Of a stretch of 64,000 nucleotides of DNA, positions 12,143 through 23,545 are shown piece after piece. This DNA is from the human T2T-CHM13v2.0 reference genome, Homo sapiens. The DNA is taken from assembly GCF_009914755.1 (NCBI RefSeq), contig NC_060927.1. One strand, written 5' to 3'. Both the position numbers and the translations under genes were made by a program. The notes under the pieces are model-generated. The model searched no databases and was not told the DNA's origin. It was given only the letters and a program-made list of their open reading frames with translations. Each line of letters opens with the position of its first letter. Position 1 is the first letter of the stretch.

Positions 12143-12571
12143 TTGTTCTGCATTGGCAGGCCTGTGCACACCTACCCCTCAAAGTCTGAGGAAGCTGAGA
12201 AGTCAAAGAGAGAGCCTGACAAACCCAGTTTCTCAGAAAGAAATATTTAATAGGGACTTAAGAACAGAAGCTATGTCTGTCTCTTGGGCAGTGGTGAGAC
12301 AAGTTGTTGGATCCCTGAACCATTATCCCCTAAACCTAGGGCTACAGACCACAGGGAAGAGATGGATGTGAAAAGAAGGGGTGTGTAGGACAATGGCTTA
12401 AGGGCAGAACTTGTGGTAAATACAATAACATCAAGGTTGTTTAGTTAGTACCTACTCTTACACAAGGAACAATAGATAAACTGGAAATCTTAGAGAGCTT
12501 TCCAGAACAGGAATTAATCAGAAGTCAACATGGCAGATTCACTTCCAAGATGGAGTTGCCTTGGCCTCCAC
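12143..12571 (-). mobile_element. Old solo LTR, LTR47-like
   Basis: Minus strand begins TGTGGAGGCCAAGGCAACTCCATCTTGGAAG; internal ATTAAA; family name from memory of consensus. Confidence 0.55.
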
Positions 12572-13954
12572 ATGTGTGTACCAGAGACTGCTCATGTGAT
12601 GAGGACAAAAGAGAAAGATTCAAGGAGGAAGGAGAGACATTTTATAATGTATCAGTCTGCTCTTAGAGCACTTCATTTTATTTCAGTAGAGATGTATGCC
12701 CCCAAGACAGAGACTCAGATGACTCCCCAATCATGCGGCAGAATTCTGGGATAAGAAGAGACAGACTTCTTCCAGGAGCAGGTGCAGGGCAGAGGACTCT
12801 AGAGAAGGGATTCTTGAGCTTGGGTCTCACCAACTGTCACTCAAGGTGTGACTGTTCTCAATCTCCCCTTTTGTAAAATGGGGAAATACCTTCCCTGAAT
12901 GTGGTATTTGTGGGGTAGTTGTGAGGATCAAATGAGGAGTTTGCTTTCAGTCACAGGGATCTGATATTCTATGTGGGTGGGACCAATGAAGCTTTCAATG
13001 ATGTGTCTTCCAGGGAGGGTGTTTTTGAAATCAAACTGAGATGATAACCCTGAGAAATAGGATTGGACTTTTTAGCATCTTCTTTGTTACACATTTATAG
13101 GCATTGTTCTAACAAGGGTGTCTGTAGCATTCACCAGAATGTCAAAGCAGCCCATGACCCAAAAGGGTCAGGAACTCCTACTGTAGCAGGTCAGTGAGGT
13201 GGCTGCCCCTGATGGGTTGCCCCTTGCTGTTTAGAGCTTGCCTTTTTCCACCAAGAATTCGAGGCATCTTAAAGTGAAGACGTTATGCAGCTGGGTATCT
13301 ATCAGAAGGATCAGGACGTGTGGAGGGGGAAGGTAGGAAGAGGATGGGGGTTGTTAATGGAGGGGGCAGTGGGGTTGGGTTGAGAGGAAAAGGGGTGGCA
13401 CTAAGAACCCGAGCCTCTTTTTCTCTTGTCCCCATGTTATGAACAGTCTCTGGTCCACTAAATGCATTCAGTTCCCAGCTTCCTAACCATCAAGATACCA
13501 AACCTATTATACAGGCCCCATTGTATGACAGAAGGAAGCATCAGTCATGGGGAGAGATGGACTTCCTGACATTCACATCCAAGAGAAAGAAATTGGATAT
13601 GAAGGCCTTCTCACTGACACATCACCCAACCCGTCTTGGAGGTGGCTCTCGCAGATGGGGGGCTGGCCAGGCAGCGACTGTCTTTCCCTGCTTCCCATGG
13701 GTCCCTCCCAAAGCAGCAACTGAGCAGGCAGGGCCTCTGGGGGCTGAGAAGAACTGTTCCTCAGGCGCAGCCCCCTCACAGCTGTCTCTCCTATTCTTCT
13801 CCCTCCAGCTCTTATGTTTGCACCCCTGGAGGGTCTGAAGGCCTGAGTAGGAGCTGGGTCCTGACTATGAAGTCTGGAGCCCCAGAGCTGGGGGAGAACA
13901 GGATGCCGGGTGGGAGAGACCTAACTAGGCCTTCTCAGCTGGGGGACCTCCAGA

Positions 13955-14015
13955 GGAGCCCCAACGCTGAGTCGCAGCCAGGACCTCGGAGCCCCAACGC
14001 TGAGTCGCAGCCAGG
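13955..14015 (+). repeat. 33-bp-period tandem duplication (GGAGCCCCAACGCTGAGTCGCAGCCAGG x2)
   Basis: Two identical 28-mers starting at 13955 and 13988. Confidence 0.9.
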
Positions 14016-14261
14016 CCACAGCTGTCTGAGTGCTCACAGCCTCCATGCAGGCAGTGACCCAGCTCCAGGCATGTTCACATGCCATGCCCTGTCTGCATTT
14101 CCAGTGCCCACTGGACAAACCCCCAGCTTCCTCAGGCACCTCACACCCCACAGGCGCAACACCTCTTCCGGAGCCTCATCCCAGCACTGTCACTGTCACT
14201 GCCTTTGCGTCTTTTACTTCTCCCCGCCTCCTCTCTGCCAGTCTCAAAGCTTGTTACTAGC

Positions 14262-14636
14262 TGTATTAGTCTGCTCAGGCTGCCGTAACAAAATATCACA
14301 GACTGGGTGGTTTCAACAACTAACTTTCTCATAGTTTTGGAGGCTGTGGAAGTTGATCAAGTGTCAGCAAAAATGGTTTCCCCTAAGGCCTCTCCTGTTG
14401 GCTTGCAGGCAGCCACCTTCTCACTGTGTCTTCACACAGCTTTTCCTCTCTGCAGCCCTGGGGTCTCTACCTGGTCTTATAAAGACACCAGCTGCATTGA
14501 GTTAGGGTGCCACCCTATGACCTCATTTAATCGCAATTCATTCTTTAAAGGCTCCATCATCTCCAAATGCTATCACTTTGGGGCTTTAGGGCTTACAACA
14601 AATGCATTTTTGCAGGGACACAATCCATTCCATAAC
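14262..14636 (-). mobile_element. MaLR LTR (MLT1A/B-like)
   Basis: tgtattagtctgctcaggctgccgtaacaaaatatcacagactgggtgg...cataaca signature. Confidence 0.75.
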
Positions 14637-14934
14637 AGCTGAGTATACAAGGATGTCCTCAGAAGCAAGTAGGAACCATGGTATTGGATGTCCTCCAGGG
14701 AGAGGGAGGAGCTAAAGGGCATACTCCAGCAGAGAAGGACCTTCTGTCCTCCCTGCCCGTTTTTCCCCATCTGTTTGCTCTTACCTGAAATTCATCCCAA
14801 GAGTTTCATGATAATCACCTCAAGCTTTGATCCTAATTAAACAAATTTAAAAATCACATTTCTTCCCTGGAAGAGGTAGCGATTGGTTAGTTTAATAAAG
14901 TACTAGTCAATCAAGCTGAATGAGAATTCCCTGG

Positions 14935-15072
14935 TTTTTTTTTTTTCTTTTTTGTAGAGCCAGGGTCTCATTGTGTTGCCCAGGCTGGTCTCGAACTCCT
15001 GGGCTTTGGCAATCCTCCCACCTTGGTCTCCCAAAGTGTTGAGATTACAGGCGTGAGACACCATGCTCGGCC
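14935..15072 (-). mobile_element. FLAM/Alu monomer
   Basis: Poly-T then Alu left monomer. Confidence 0.8.
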
Positions 15073-15258
15073 AAAGGCCCATTTTGATAAAAATATCTTA
15101 AAATTACAAAATGACCCATCTGGGGGTGGGTTGTGAAATGAAGCGTTTGGAATAGATTATCTTTGTGGTCACTTGCAGCTCGCTGGATAACCTTTAAAAT
15201 TATACATTGGGTCGGAATCTCGGGAGTCAGATCTCCAAACAGCTCATGCCAAGAGCTT

Positions 15259-15272
15259 CCAGCAGGGGGCAG
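15259..15272 (+). promoter_or_regulatory. CTCF core motif
   Basis: CCAGCAGGGGGCAG matches consensus CCASYAGRKGGCRS at all positions. Confidence 0.6.
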
Positions 15273-15399
15273 CAAGGCACCGTGAGCACTGGTTCCGTAA
15301 CATCCCTCGGCGTCAGACGAAAACACCCTCACTTTCCACGTCAAGTGGAACTAGAACAAATCCTCCTTTGCTATCTGTGGCTCAAGAATGTTGTGCCCA

Positions 15400-15699
15400 G
15401 GCCAGGCGCGGTGGCTGACGTATGTAATCCTAACACTTTGGGAGGCCAAGGTGGGAGGATCGCTTGAGCTTGGGAGTTGTAGACCAACCAGCCTGGGCAA
15501 CATAGTGAGACCTTGTCTCTGCAAAAAATAAAGTATTATCTGGGTGTGATGGTGCACACCTGTAGTCCCAGCTACTTAGGAGGCTGAGTTGGGAGGATCA
15601 CGGGAGACCAGGAGATTGAGGCTGCAGAGAACTGAGATTGCACCTCTGCACTCCAGCCTGAGTGACCCAGTGAGATCCTCTCTTAAAAAAAAAAAAAAA
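15400..15699 (+). mobile_element. Alu (AluJ-like)
   Basis: Dimeric Alu with A tail. Confidence 0.9.
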
Positions 15700-15807
15700 G
15701 AATGTCGTGCCCTTAGAGAAAATGAGATTCTGAGCCAGTTAATGATTTGTCTCCAGGAAACCCAAAATTAAACATGAGAGAAACCCAAAGTTTCTTCCAA
15801 AATTACA

Positions 15808-15813
15808 TTTATT
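15808..15813 (-). terminator. Distal poly(A) signal AATAAA
   Basis: TTTATT on + strand; T-rich downstream (tttgggtttctctcatgttt); a further ATTAAA at 15854-15859. Confidence 0.5.
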
Positions 15814-16831
15814 TTTCTCAATTCAGAAAAGTCTCAACACCACAATTTATCTGTTTAATGTTTTCATTTACATTTGGCTTTATCCCAAAAAGGGTTTAAC
15901 AGTGTCACCAAGTTACCAGGTCTCTGTTTCATCATATTTACACAAGATGAAGGAAACTCAATCTGTTCGTATTTGCCCCAGGTAATAGGTTCTATGTAGT
16001 GACAGGCATTTCACTATTTGACTTAGTGTTTGCCAAAATGAAGTAAGGGGAATTGGGTCCAGAGCTGAGGACAGATCCATTTGGAATGAAAGCATAATAA
16101 CCTTGAAGTTATTCCAGTGACAAAAAATGATCAGTGAAAGATTTTCTAAGAGCAAGCAGGAATGAGGAGGCTGGCCCTCTGGCCAGCATGAGATGGGGTC
16201 TTAGGAACAGTTTGTCATTCAGTAACCTCCTAACAAACACTCGGGCAAGCCACTTCCCCTCTCTGAGAATCAGTTTCCTCTTCTGTACATAAGGGGAGAG
16301 GGTCAGTCAACCATCTTAGATATGGGAACTTAAGGGGACTTCATGGCCCTGCGGGAAAAAAGCTCAAATGTGTTTTTTTGCATTGGGCCTGCATGGGACG
16401 TAAGTGTTTCGGGAGTGAGGGGAGGCCTTGGAAGGGAACTGCTATTGCTAATGATGTTTAAGAGATGACTTCGTGTGGGAACCACCACTCAACCCTTGCT
16501 TGTCTGTACAATCTATTTCCAGCCTCAGCCCCTCAGAACAAGGGAGGGAGACCAAGGGGTGGTTTTTATGGTGTCTAGCCTGGAACTCTCTGTCAGTAAA
16601 AGCTGGAAGGGGCCAAAGGTATCTGCTCAGTGTTCCCCCTTGCACAGCCCTCACTGCCCCGAGCACCTCATGCTTACTTGACAAGCTGCAGTCTGGAGTA
16701 TCAGACCAGCCTGTGTCCCATCCCTGAGGAAGTACACGGCCGCTTCAATCCCCACTGGGGGCACCATTTAAAGTCCGCTCAGAAAGAAAGAAACACACAG
16801 AGAGTATCAGACAAACACAAATTCTTTTGGT

Positions 16832-16837
16832 TTTAAT
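16832..16837 (-). terminator. Poly(A) signal ATTAAA
   Basis: Followed on minus strand by a GU/U-rich element (tgtgtttgtctg...tgtgtgtttctttctttc). Confidence 0.65.
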
Positions 16838-17041
16838 CTTTACTTCCAATCCCAAACAATCTTGTTTCTTTTCATTATAAAAGTACTAAACAAACACGGA
16901 CAGGAGAGGAAACTGACATTTGCAAACGATGTACCTTCAACAGGCATCTCAACAGCCCCATCACCAACACCTGTGTGCAAGGCATAGCCATCACGCAGAA
17001 AAGTCTCAGGACTCAGAACTACACCATAAATGCAGGATCTT

Positions 17042-17047
17042 TTTATT
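17042..17047 (-). terminator. Proximal poly(A) signal AATAAA
   Basis: TTTATT on + strand, ~430 nt past the stop; GT/T-rich sequence downstream on minus strand. Confidence 0.6.
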
Positions 17048-17479
17048 TCATATAAAAATGATCAATGTGAAAAAAGCCAAACTGTATGCTGGTTTTACAG
17101 ACTCCGACCCTTCCTGACAGTCTTCTTGTCTGGCCAGGCTGGGGGCCCAGCATTCCTGGAAGGGAGAGACAGCCCAGCATCTCAGTATTTCATTGGGACA
17201 ACAAGCTGGATGTGGCAGGGAAAGCTGAGAGCGCCAAGGTCCCCTTGCTTTATCCCAAGCTCGGAGGGACGCAGCCTGGCATGGCTCTGGCCTAGCAGCC
17301 AGGTGACATGGCCAGGCACCTTCCTGTACAGGCACTGTGGGCTCCTGGCCCAGGCTCACTAGAAGGTCTTCTCTGTGGTGCCTACCTAGGGAGCTGTGAT
17401 CAAGCCGAGCAGCCGTGCAAGGCGTTTCAGTCTGACCTTTTCATCAGATCCCCGCTCCAGCCCCTCGGAGAAGGAAACA

Positions 17480-17566
17480 TCAGTCCACAGTGCCATTGTA
17501 GGATTTGTTGAAGGTGAAGTCCACAGTGTGCGTGGAGATAGGCTTTCTGTATAATGGATTTGAAGC
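17480..17566 (-). CDS. ITGB5: Integrin beta-5 last exon, coding part (ASNPLYRKPISTHTVDFTFNKSYNGTVD*), NPLY and NKSY motifs
   Basis: Acceptor ctgtag|GCT; 87 bp ending in TGA at 17480-17482. Confidence 0.97.
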   Translation of the reverse strand, partial: ASNPLYRKPISTHTVDFTFNKSYNGTVD

Positions 17567-18238
17567 CTACAGAACACGGCGGGGAAGAGGATGAGGACAC
17601 ATGTTAGCTCACACACTCAAACCGACAGACGCAGGCCCTAGGATCCCTTCCCAGGTCAGCCCCCTGCGACAGCAGCAGGCAGAGCACTCAGGAGGAGACG
17701 GCCGTGGGCTCTAGGACAGCTCTGTGTTCCCCAGGAAAGCCATCGCCTTCTCTAAGCTTTCACTATCCACCTCTGGAAGGAGGAGTTGGGTCAGAAGGTC
17801 TCTGAAGTCCCTTCCAGCTTTAACAGAAACCAAGCCCAGGTTCAGCAGAAACTGACTGCGCTCAGTCCTCTGGGCATTTGCAGTCTGCCTGGGGTGACCA
17901 GACTGCAGGTGTGAGTGTTGTAATGGACCATAAGAATCTGAGCTTTCCTGTTGGTCTGTGCTCTCTCTGAGACTGGTCAGACTCTTCCTGAGGCACGCCC
18001 AGCGCCTCTGCCCCCATGACCTTCCTGACCTGGGTCTGGAACAGGGATCTGTGCAGCTCACTCTGCACTGGGGCTGTGCAATTCTCTCTCTCCAGAACTG
18101 GGCACAGCGTTTCTGGTGTTGATTCTTTTGTTTTTAATGCCAAAGACATTAGTGAGCCTCTATTGCTAACATACCGCTGAACTCAACCACGCCTCTGAGC
18201 TTGAAGTCTCCTCTGCTTCCCATTTCCCACATGCTTAC

Positions 18239-18405
18239 CATTTCATAGCGGGCCCTGGATCGCTCGCTCTGAAACTTTGCAAACTCCCTCCGGTCGTGGA
18301 TGGTGACAAGCAGCTTCCAGATAGCCAGGAGTGCAAGCCCAACAAGGAGGATGCTACCGACCACAGCCAGGAGGATGGTCATGGCGTTGGGGGTGTTTCC
18401 ACACT
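18239..18405 (-). CDS. ITGB5: Integrin beta-5 exon 14 (167 bp; transmembrane helix and membrane-proximal [15 protein letters not shown])
   Basis: Hydrophobic segment followed by the conserved HDRRE motif; acceptor cccag|AG, donor ATG|gtaagc. Confidence 0.98.
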
Positions 18406-19621
18406 CTGGGGGGACCAGAAGCATGGTAAGCAAAGCCACTAGCATCACCATGCCCCTCTCACGCAACTGCAGGCATTTCTGAGATGAAAGTTGCACCCCT
18501 TCCAAAGGCCTTCTCCTCGGCTCTCCCTTAGATCCTCAGGAGGGTTTCCCCAATGTACAAAAAATGAAAGATTCAAAAGGGACAGTGACTGTTCTAAAGT
18601 CACACAGCAAGTGTGGCAAAGTCTAGATGAGGGCCCTGGGGCAGGGCTGCCTTTCCCCTCATGGGCAGCACCCACATCCCGCCTGGCCCAGTCTCCATTG
18701 CAGGATGCTGGACCCGCTCAGCTTTCGTGTACATGGTTTCAGGAGCAGACTGGGCAGGCAGGAGGTACCATGAAGCCACATGAAGCCACTTCCACAAGGT
18801 CTGGGCTGGGGGCCAACATTTGTAAGCCTTTAGTGTGGTGTCCCTTGGAGTAAATGTGCTTGTTTTCAAAGAACCTCAGACACAGCATTGGAAACAAAGC
18901 CTCATTCTTACAGGCGTGCATCCTAGGCTGGTACCACACTTCTCTCTGCCTCTGGCCTCAGGAAGGCACATTATGTGGTTGGGCTCAATTTGGAAAAATA
19001 GTTTGCAGTGCTGTCGATTGAAGAGAGCAAATCTTTTTCTGCTCCACCCCTGCCTCCCTACCCCCAAGAAGAATGTAAGGGGTGATATCAGATATTCCAG
19101 TTACTCCAAGGCAAAGGCTATTGGTCCCTGGGTCCAAGCAGAGGCAGAATGTTGGTATTTGGATTAAAGCTTGACCTCTTCAGTGGTTCTGGGAGCTGAG
19201 CATGGGAGCAGCAGGAATGTTGAACCCAGTGCTCCGTTGTCCTTGGAATCCATGCTGGGAAGCAGCAGTGGCCCCGCCCAGGCTGTGTGTGGAGCTGGAT
19301 GCTCCCTGACTTGAGTGATACCCTGCCCAGCCCTGGTGGTCTAGATGCCCTGCACCCTCCCTGCAGAACACAGCAGCTCCTTGCTGCCTTTGGCTGTGCA
19401 GGGTAGGTATGTTCTGTGGTTACTTTCACGTCTGTGCTCCTCCAAGATGAGACCCTCCCCAGGGACAGGGCCCTATCCTTCTATAACTCCCATTGCCCTG
19501 ACTCACGCTCCCACTAGCGCTTGCCCCAAGAATGGGCCCCCAGCTGCACATTCATCTTTCTTCTAAACTCTAGGAGTGGAGCAGCAGTGACCTCAGATCT
19601 GGTCTTCATGAGAAATTGTAC

Positions 19622-19930
<309 letters not shown>

Positions 19931-20071
19931 AGAAATTGTATCCCTCCTCTCCCTGCAGTTTCAAAAGGCCGATGAGGACAGAAAGGGCAGTGGTCCCAGA
20001 GCAGAGAATGGCATCAGAAATCAGAACTGAGGGCTGGCTGAGTGGGCCGAGCCCTTGCAGCCCTCACCTAC

Positions 20072-20191
20072 CTGGCTCCCTGAGGACGGTCAGGTTGGAC
20101 TTCCCACTGGGGAGCTCCACATAGGTGAACATCATGACGCAGTCCTTGGCGGTTTTGTAGAAACATAGCACAGCCTCCTGGTCATCTTTCA
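20072..20191 (-). CDS. ITGB5: Integrin beta-5 exon 13 (120 bp; [40 protein letters not shown])
   Basis: Acceptor ttccag|TG, donor CCAG|gtaggt; peptide seen in ORF 20064..20246. Confidence 0.97.
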
Positions 20192-21635
20192 CTGGAAGAA
20201 AACCAAGCGGGAATGGCCTGAGTCTCTCTGAGCAGCCCACAGCCACTGATGGTCGGGACAGGGAGCCGAGTGCCTTGAAAAAGGAAAGGGCATGGGGGGT
20301 GTGGGCAGAAAATCTTAAGGGGAGGCTGGGCCTTTGAAGATGAGTTCAGTTTTCTCACACCAAGAATGCAGGCCCAGGGCTGAATTTAGATGGCTTTGGG
20401 GACACGTGGAACACATTAGAGGATCTCCAAGCCTCTGAAGTGTTAGTCGGGGGTGATGTGAAATAACAGAAGGTTTTAATGGTTTCGGGGTGGGGACGGG
20501 TGAAGGGATTGGCCACGGAAATTAAAGGGATAAAGAAAGAAAGAAAAACCATCCCAGCCCCCTTTGAGGCTTGAGTGGGGCTTCATATTTGAGAAACAGC
20601 CCAGGCCACTTGGGGCTGAGAGCTGGCCACAGAGGCCAAGAGGCAGCAACTCCTTCCTGGGATGCAAAATCAAAAAGAACCACAGGGCAGTGAGGACACT
20701 GGGTGAGAGGCTGGTGCCCACCGTGGTGGCCATGCCTGGAGATAAAGTGAGACAGTGTGGAACTCAGGCTGTCCCCAGCCTGGCCCTGAACGTGGCCCGG
20801 CCTCCCTCCTCCATATTAAGAAGCCCCTTCCTCAAGCTGCCTCAGCAACTCCCTGCCCCCTTGCTGCCATTCCCCAAGGTGGGGGTGTCACAGTCCCCTG
20901 TCCAGGCATTACCTACATTCCAAGGCTTCCCTGGGAGAGGGTTAGCAGGCTGTTTTTTGGAGAGAAAGGAACTAGGGGAAGTGCAAAGTGAGGCAAGGGG
21001 TGAGGAAATGCAGTGGCAATGGCAATGGGTCCTGGGGAGGAACAGAAGGTGAACACTAGGGCGGTAAATGCTTTCCAGCTCTTGCCTTTTTAACCTTTTC
21101 AACCTTGCTGCTAGACGGAGCTGTAACCTGGAAGCAGATGAATTAGTGTGGTTATCAGACACGAAAGCCTGGACTTTCTGTCTCAGCTCCCTTCTGGGCT
21201 GGGTGAGTATGAGTGAGCATGTGAGTGTGTGTATGAAAAAAGCTTGGAAGAAAGAAGAAAAAGGGTAAATGATGGATTGGAACATAAGCTTTCTCTGCTG
21301 CTCTCTCAGAGGACTGGGTTGGGAAGCAGCTGTGCATGAACGGCTGTCACTGCTATAAACCAAGCGAACCAGTCCTTGGGCCACAGGAAGGCATTGTTTC
21401 CTTCTCTGACCATGTGTGCCTAGTTAGGGGCAACCAGCCCAGGTCTGCTGGCAGAACCTGAGGTCGGCCAGGCCCTGAGCTGCAAGATAGAAGCAGGGGC
21501 AGGAAGACAGGCATGTGAGGAACCAGACTGTGGTCCACTCCCCACAGTCTCCTAAGGAGATAGACAGCACCTGGCACACAGTAGGCGCTCAACGAATATG
21601 TGCTGGATGCATATATAGCTCAAATATTAAGAAGG

Positions 21636-21922
21636 AGCTGGGCATGGTGGCTCACACCTGTAATGGCAGCACTTTAGGAGGCTGAGGCAGGTGGACTGCT
21701 TGACCCCAGGAGTTTGAGACCAGCCTGGGCAACATGGTGAAACTCCGTCTCTACAAAAACAAAAATTTGCCAGGCATGGTGGCACATGCCTGTGGTCCCA
21801 GCTACTTGGGAGGCTGAGGAAAGAGGTTTGCCTGAGCCCAGGAGGTCGAGACTTCCAGTGAGCTATGATGGTGCCACTGCACTCCAGCCTGGGTGACAGA
21901 GACCCTGTCTCGAGACAAAAAA
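21636..21922 (+). mobile_element. Alu (AluJ-like)
   Basis: Dimeric Alu. Confidence 0.88.
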
Positions 21923-22099
21923 CCCTCAGAAGCCGTGACTGTAGTCAGTCAAAATAGGCAGGTGGGAACAAGGAAGTCTACAAAAGATGTAAGTTAGGAC
22001 CAAGACAGACAGGCAGCTGGGGGCCAGGAGTTTGCAGAAGCCAGAGGTGAAGATAGAGGGGAAGCCTGCCAGTGAGGGGAGCCTGAGACACAGATTCCC

Positions 22100-22710
22100 T
22101 TTCAAGGTGCATAATTTCCCCCTCACCATTTAAACCATTTTAAAGTGTACAATCAGTCGTTTTACTCAACTCACAATGTTGTGTAACCATTCCCACTAAT
22201 TCTGAATATTTCCATCACCACAGAAAGAAATCCACACCTGTTAGTAGTCAATGCCAATTTTCCCTTCTCCCTAGCATCAGGACACCACTAATGTACTTTC
22301 TGTCTCCATGGCTTTCTCTGTGTTGGACATTTCGTATGAACAGAACCATATAATACATGGCTTCTTTTGCTCCGCACTGTGGTCAGGCCTCACCGTGCCG
22401 TAGCGTGTTTCAGTGCTTCACACCTCTTAGTGGCTCAATAGCGTCCACTGTATAGATGGACCACACTTTGTTTTCTTTTCTATTTATCCGTTGATGGACA
22501 TGTGGTTCATTTCCACCTTTGGCTATAGCGAATAATGCTGCTGTGAACATTTTTGTACGTATTTTTACATGGACATATGGACCTAATCCTCTAGGCTGTA
22601 TACCTGGGAGTGGAATTGGCACATTGTATGGTGATTCTACGTTTGACTTTTTAGGAAACTGCCAAGCTGCTTTCCAAAGTCCGTACCATTCTACATTCCC
22701 ATCAGCTGTG
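22100..22710 (-). mobile_element. Old L1 (L1M) 3' fragment
   Basis: L1M 3'-end motifs (aatgctgctgtgaacatt, gggagtggaattg, aactgccaagctgctttccaaagt). Confidence 0.75.
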
Positions 22711-22858
22711 GATGATGGTTCCAGCACCGGGTCCTCATGGGGAGCCCACAGTTATGCCCAGGAAGCCTGGGCAGTGCCTCCTGACTCAAGGCTAAAACTA
22801 CCCTCCTCCCCAGGAAGGAGAAAAACCGTGACTGCCCGGGTGGTGGCGGCACACTCAC

Positions 22859-22959
22859 CGATGGTGTCCACCCATGTGATCACCTCATCCCTGCATAGGC
22901 TGTGGCAGGTCTGGTTGTCAGGTTTCCCAGAGTGGAGCAGCAGGCACTCGACGCAATCT
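22859..22959 (-). CDS. ITGB5: Integrin beta-5 exon 12 (101 bp; [33 protein letters not shown]), beta-tail domain
   Basis: Acceptor ccaaag|AGAT, donor ATCG|gtgagt; phases compatible with exons 11 and 13. Confidence 0.96.
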
Positions 22960-23394
22960 CTTTGGAAAAGAGGAGATAAAGGTGGGTGTCAGATAATGTA
23001 GAACAGTCCCACACCTGTCCCTGAGCTCCTGACAGTGCAGGACCTGGGAAGGCTTTCACTTCTTTCCAGCTGCAGATGTTCAGCCTCAGGGAATGTTTCT
23101 GCTCTGCCTTTCTTCTTGTTATGGGAGGAAGCCCAAGGGTTCTTGGAGGAGCCTGTGTGAGTTTAGTGGCATGTCTTGTCTACATGTCAGGTTGCAGACC
23201 TTTCAAATTCTGACACCAGGAGACAAATCCATCTGCACTCTGGTCCATCTAATGCCTGGTGAGGAGTCTGCTCCAAGCCAGAGGTTTCTGGGTGATAAAA
23301 CAGTATTCCTGGCCTCCCAGAGCTCCTCACACTCCCATGGTCAGAGCTCAATGCCCCAACATTGTCCTAGTTCCCCACATCACGCCCTGGTCAT

Positions 23395-23545
23395 CACCCA
23401 GGGCGGGGATCTCAACCCTCCTGCACGTTCAACTCTCCAGGGAGCTTTCAAGAGAAACTCCCAGTACCTGGGCCCAACCACACCTCCGGGGACTGGGCTT
23501 CCTGGGCAATTCTGATGCATGTCGAGGGCTGAGATCCACTGTCCC
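23395..23545. mobile_element. MER5-like DNA transposon relic
   Basis: tctcaaccct...gcaattctgatgca...tgagatccactg terminal-repeat-like ends. Confidence 0.45.

Larger units (their letters stand above)
15790..17479 (-). other. ITGB5: ITGB5 3' UTR (longest form; distal end approximate)
   Basis: Follows the stop codon; minus-strand poly(A) hexamers at 17042, 16832 and 15808. Confidence 0.7.

Noticed and set aside
13636-14334. 232-aa plus-strand ORF
   Set aside because: Non-ATG start, low-complexity composition, runs into an MLT1 LTR, no recognisable domain
16751-16766. Additional CTCF-like motifs (also ~31010, ~40690, ~42000)
   Set aside because: Two or more mismatches at core positions; not supportable from sequence alone
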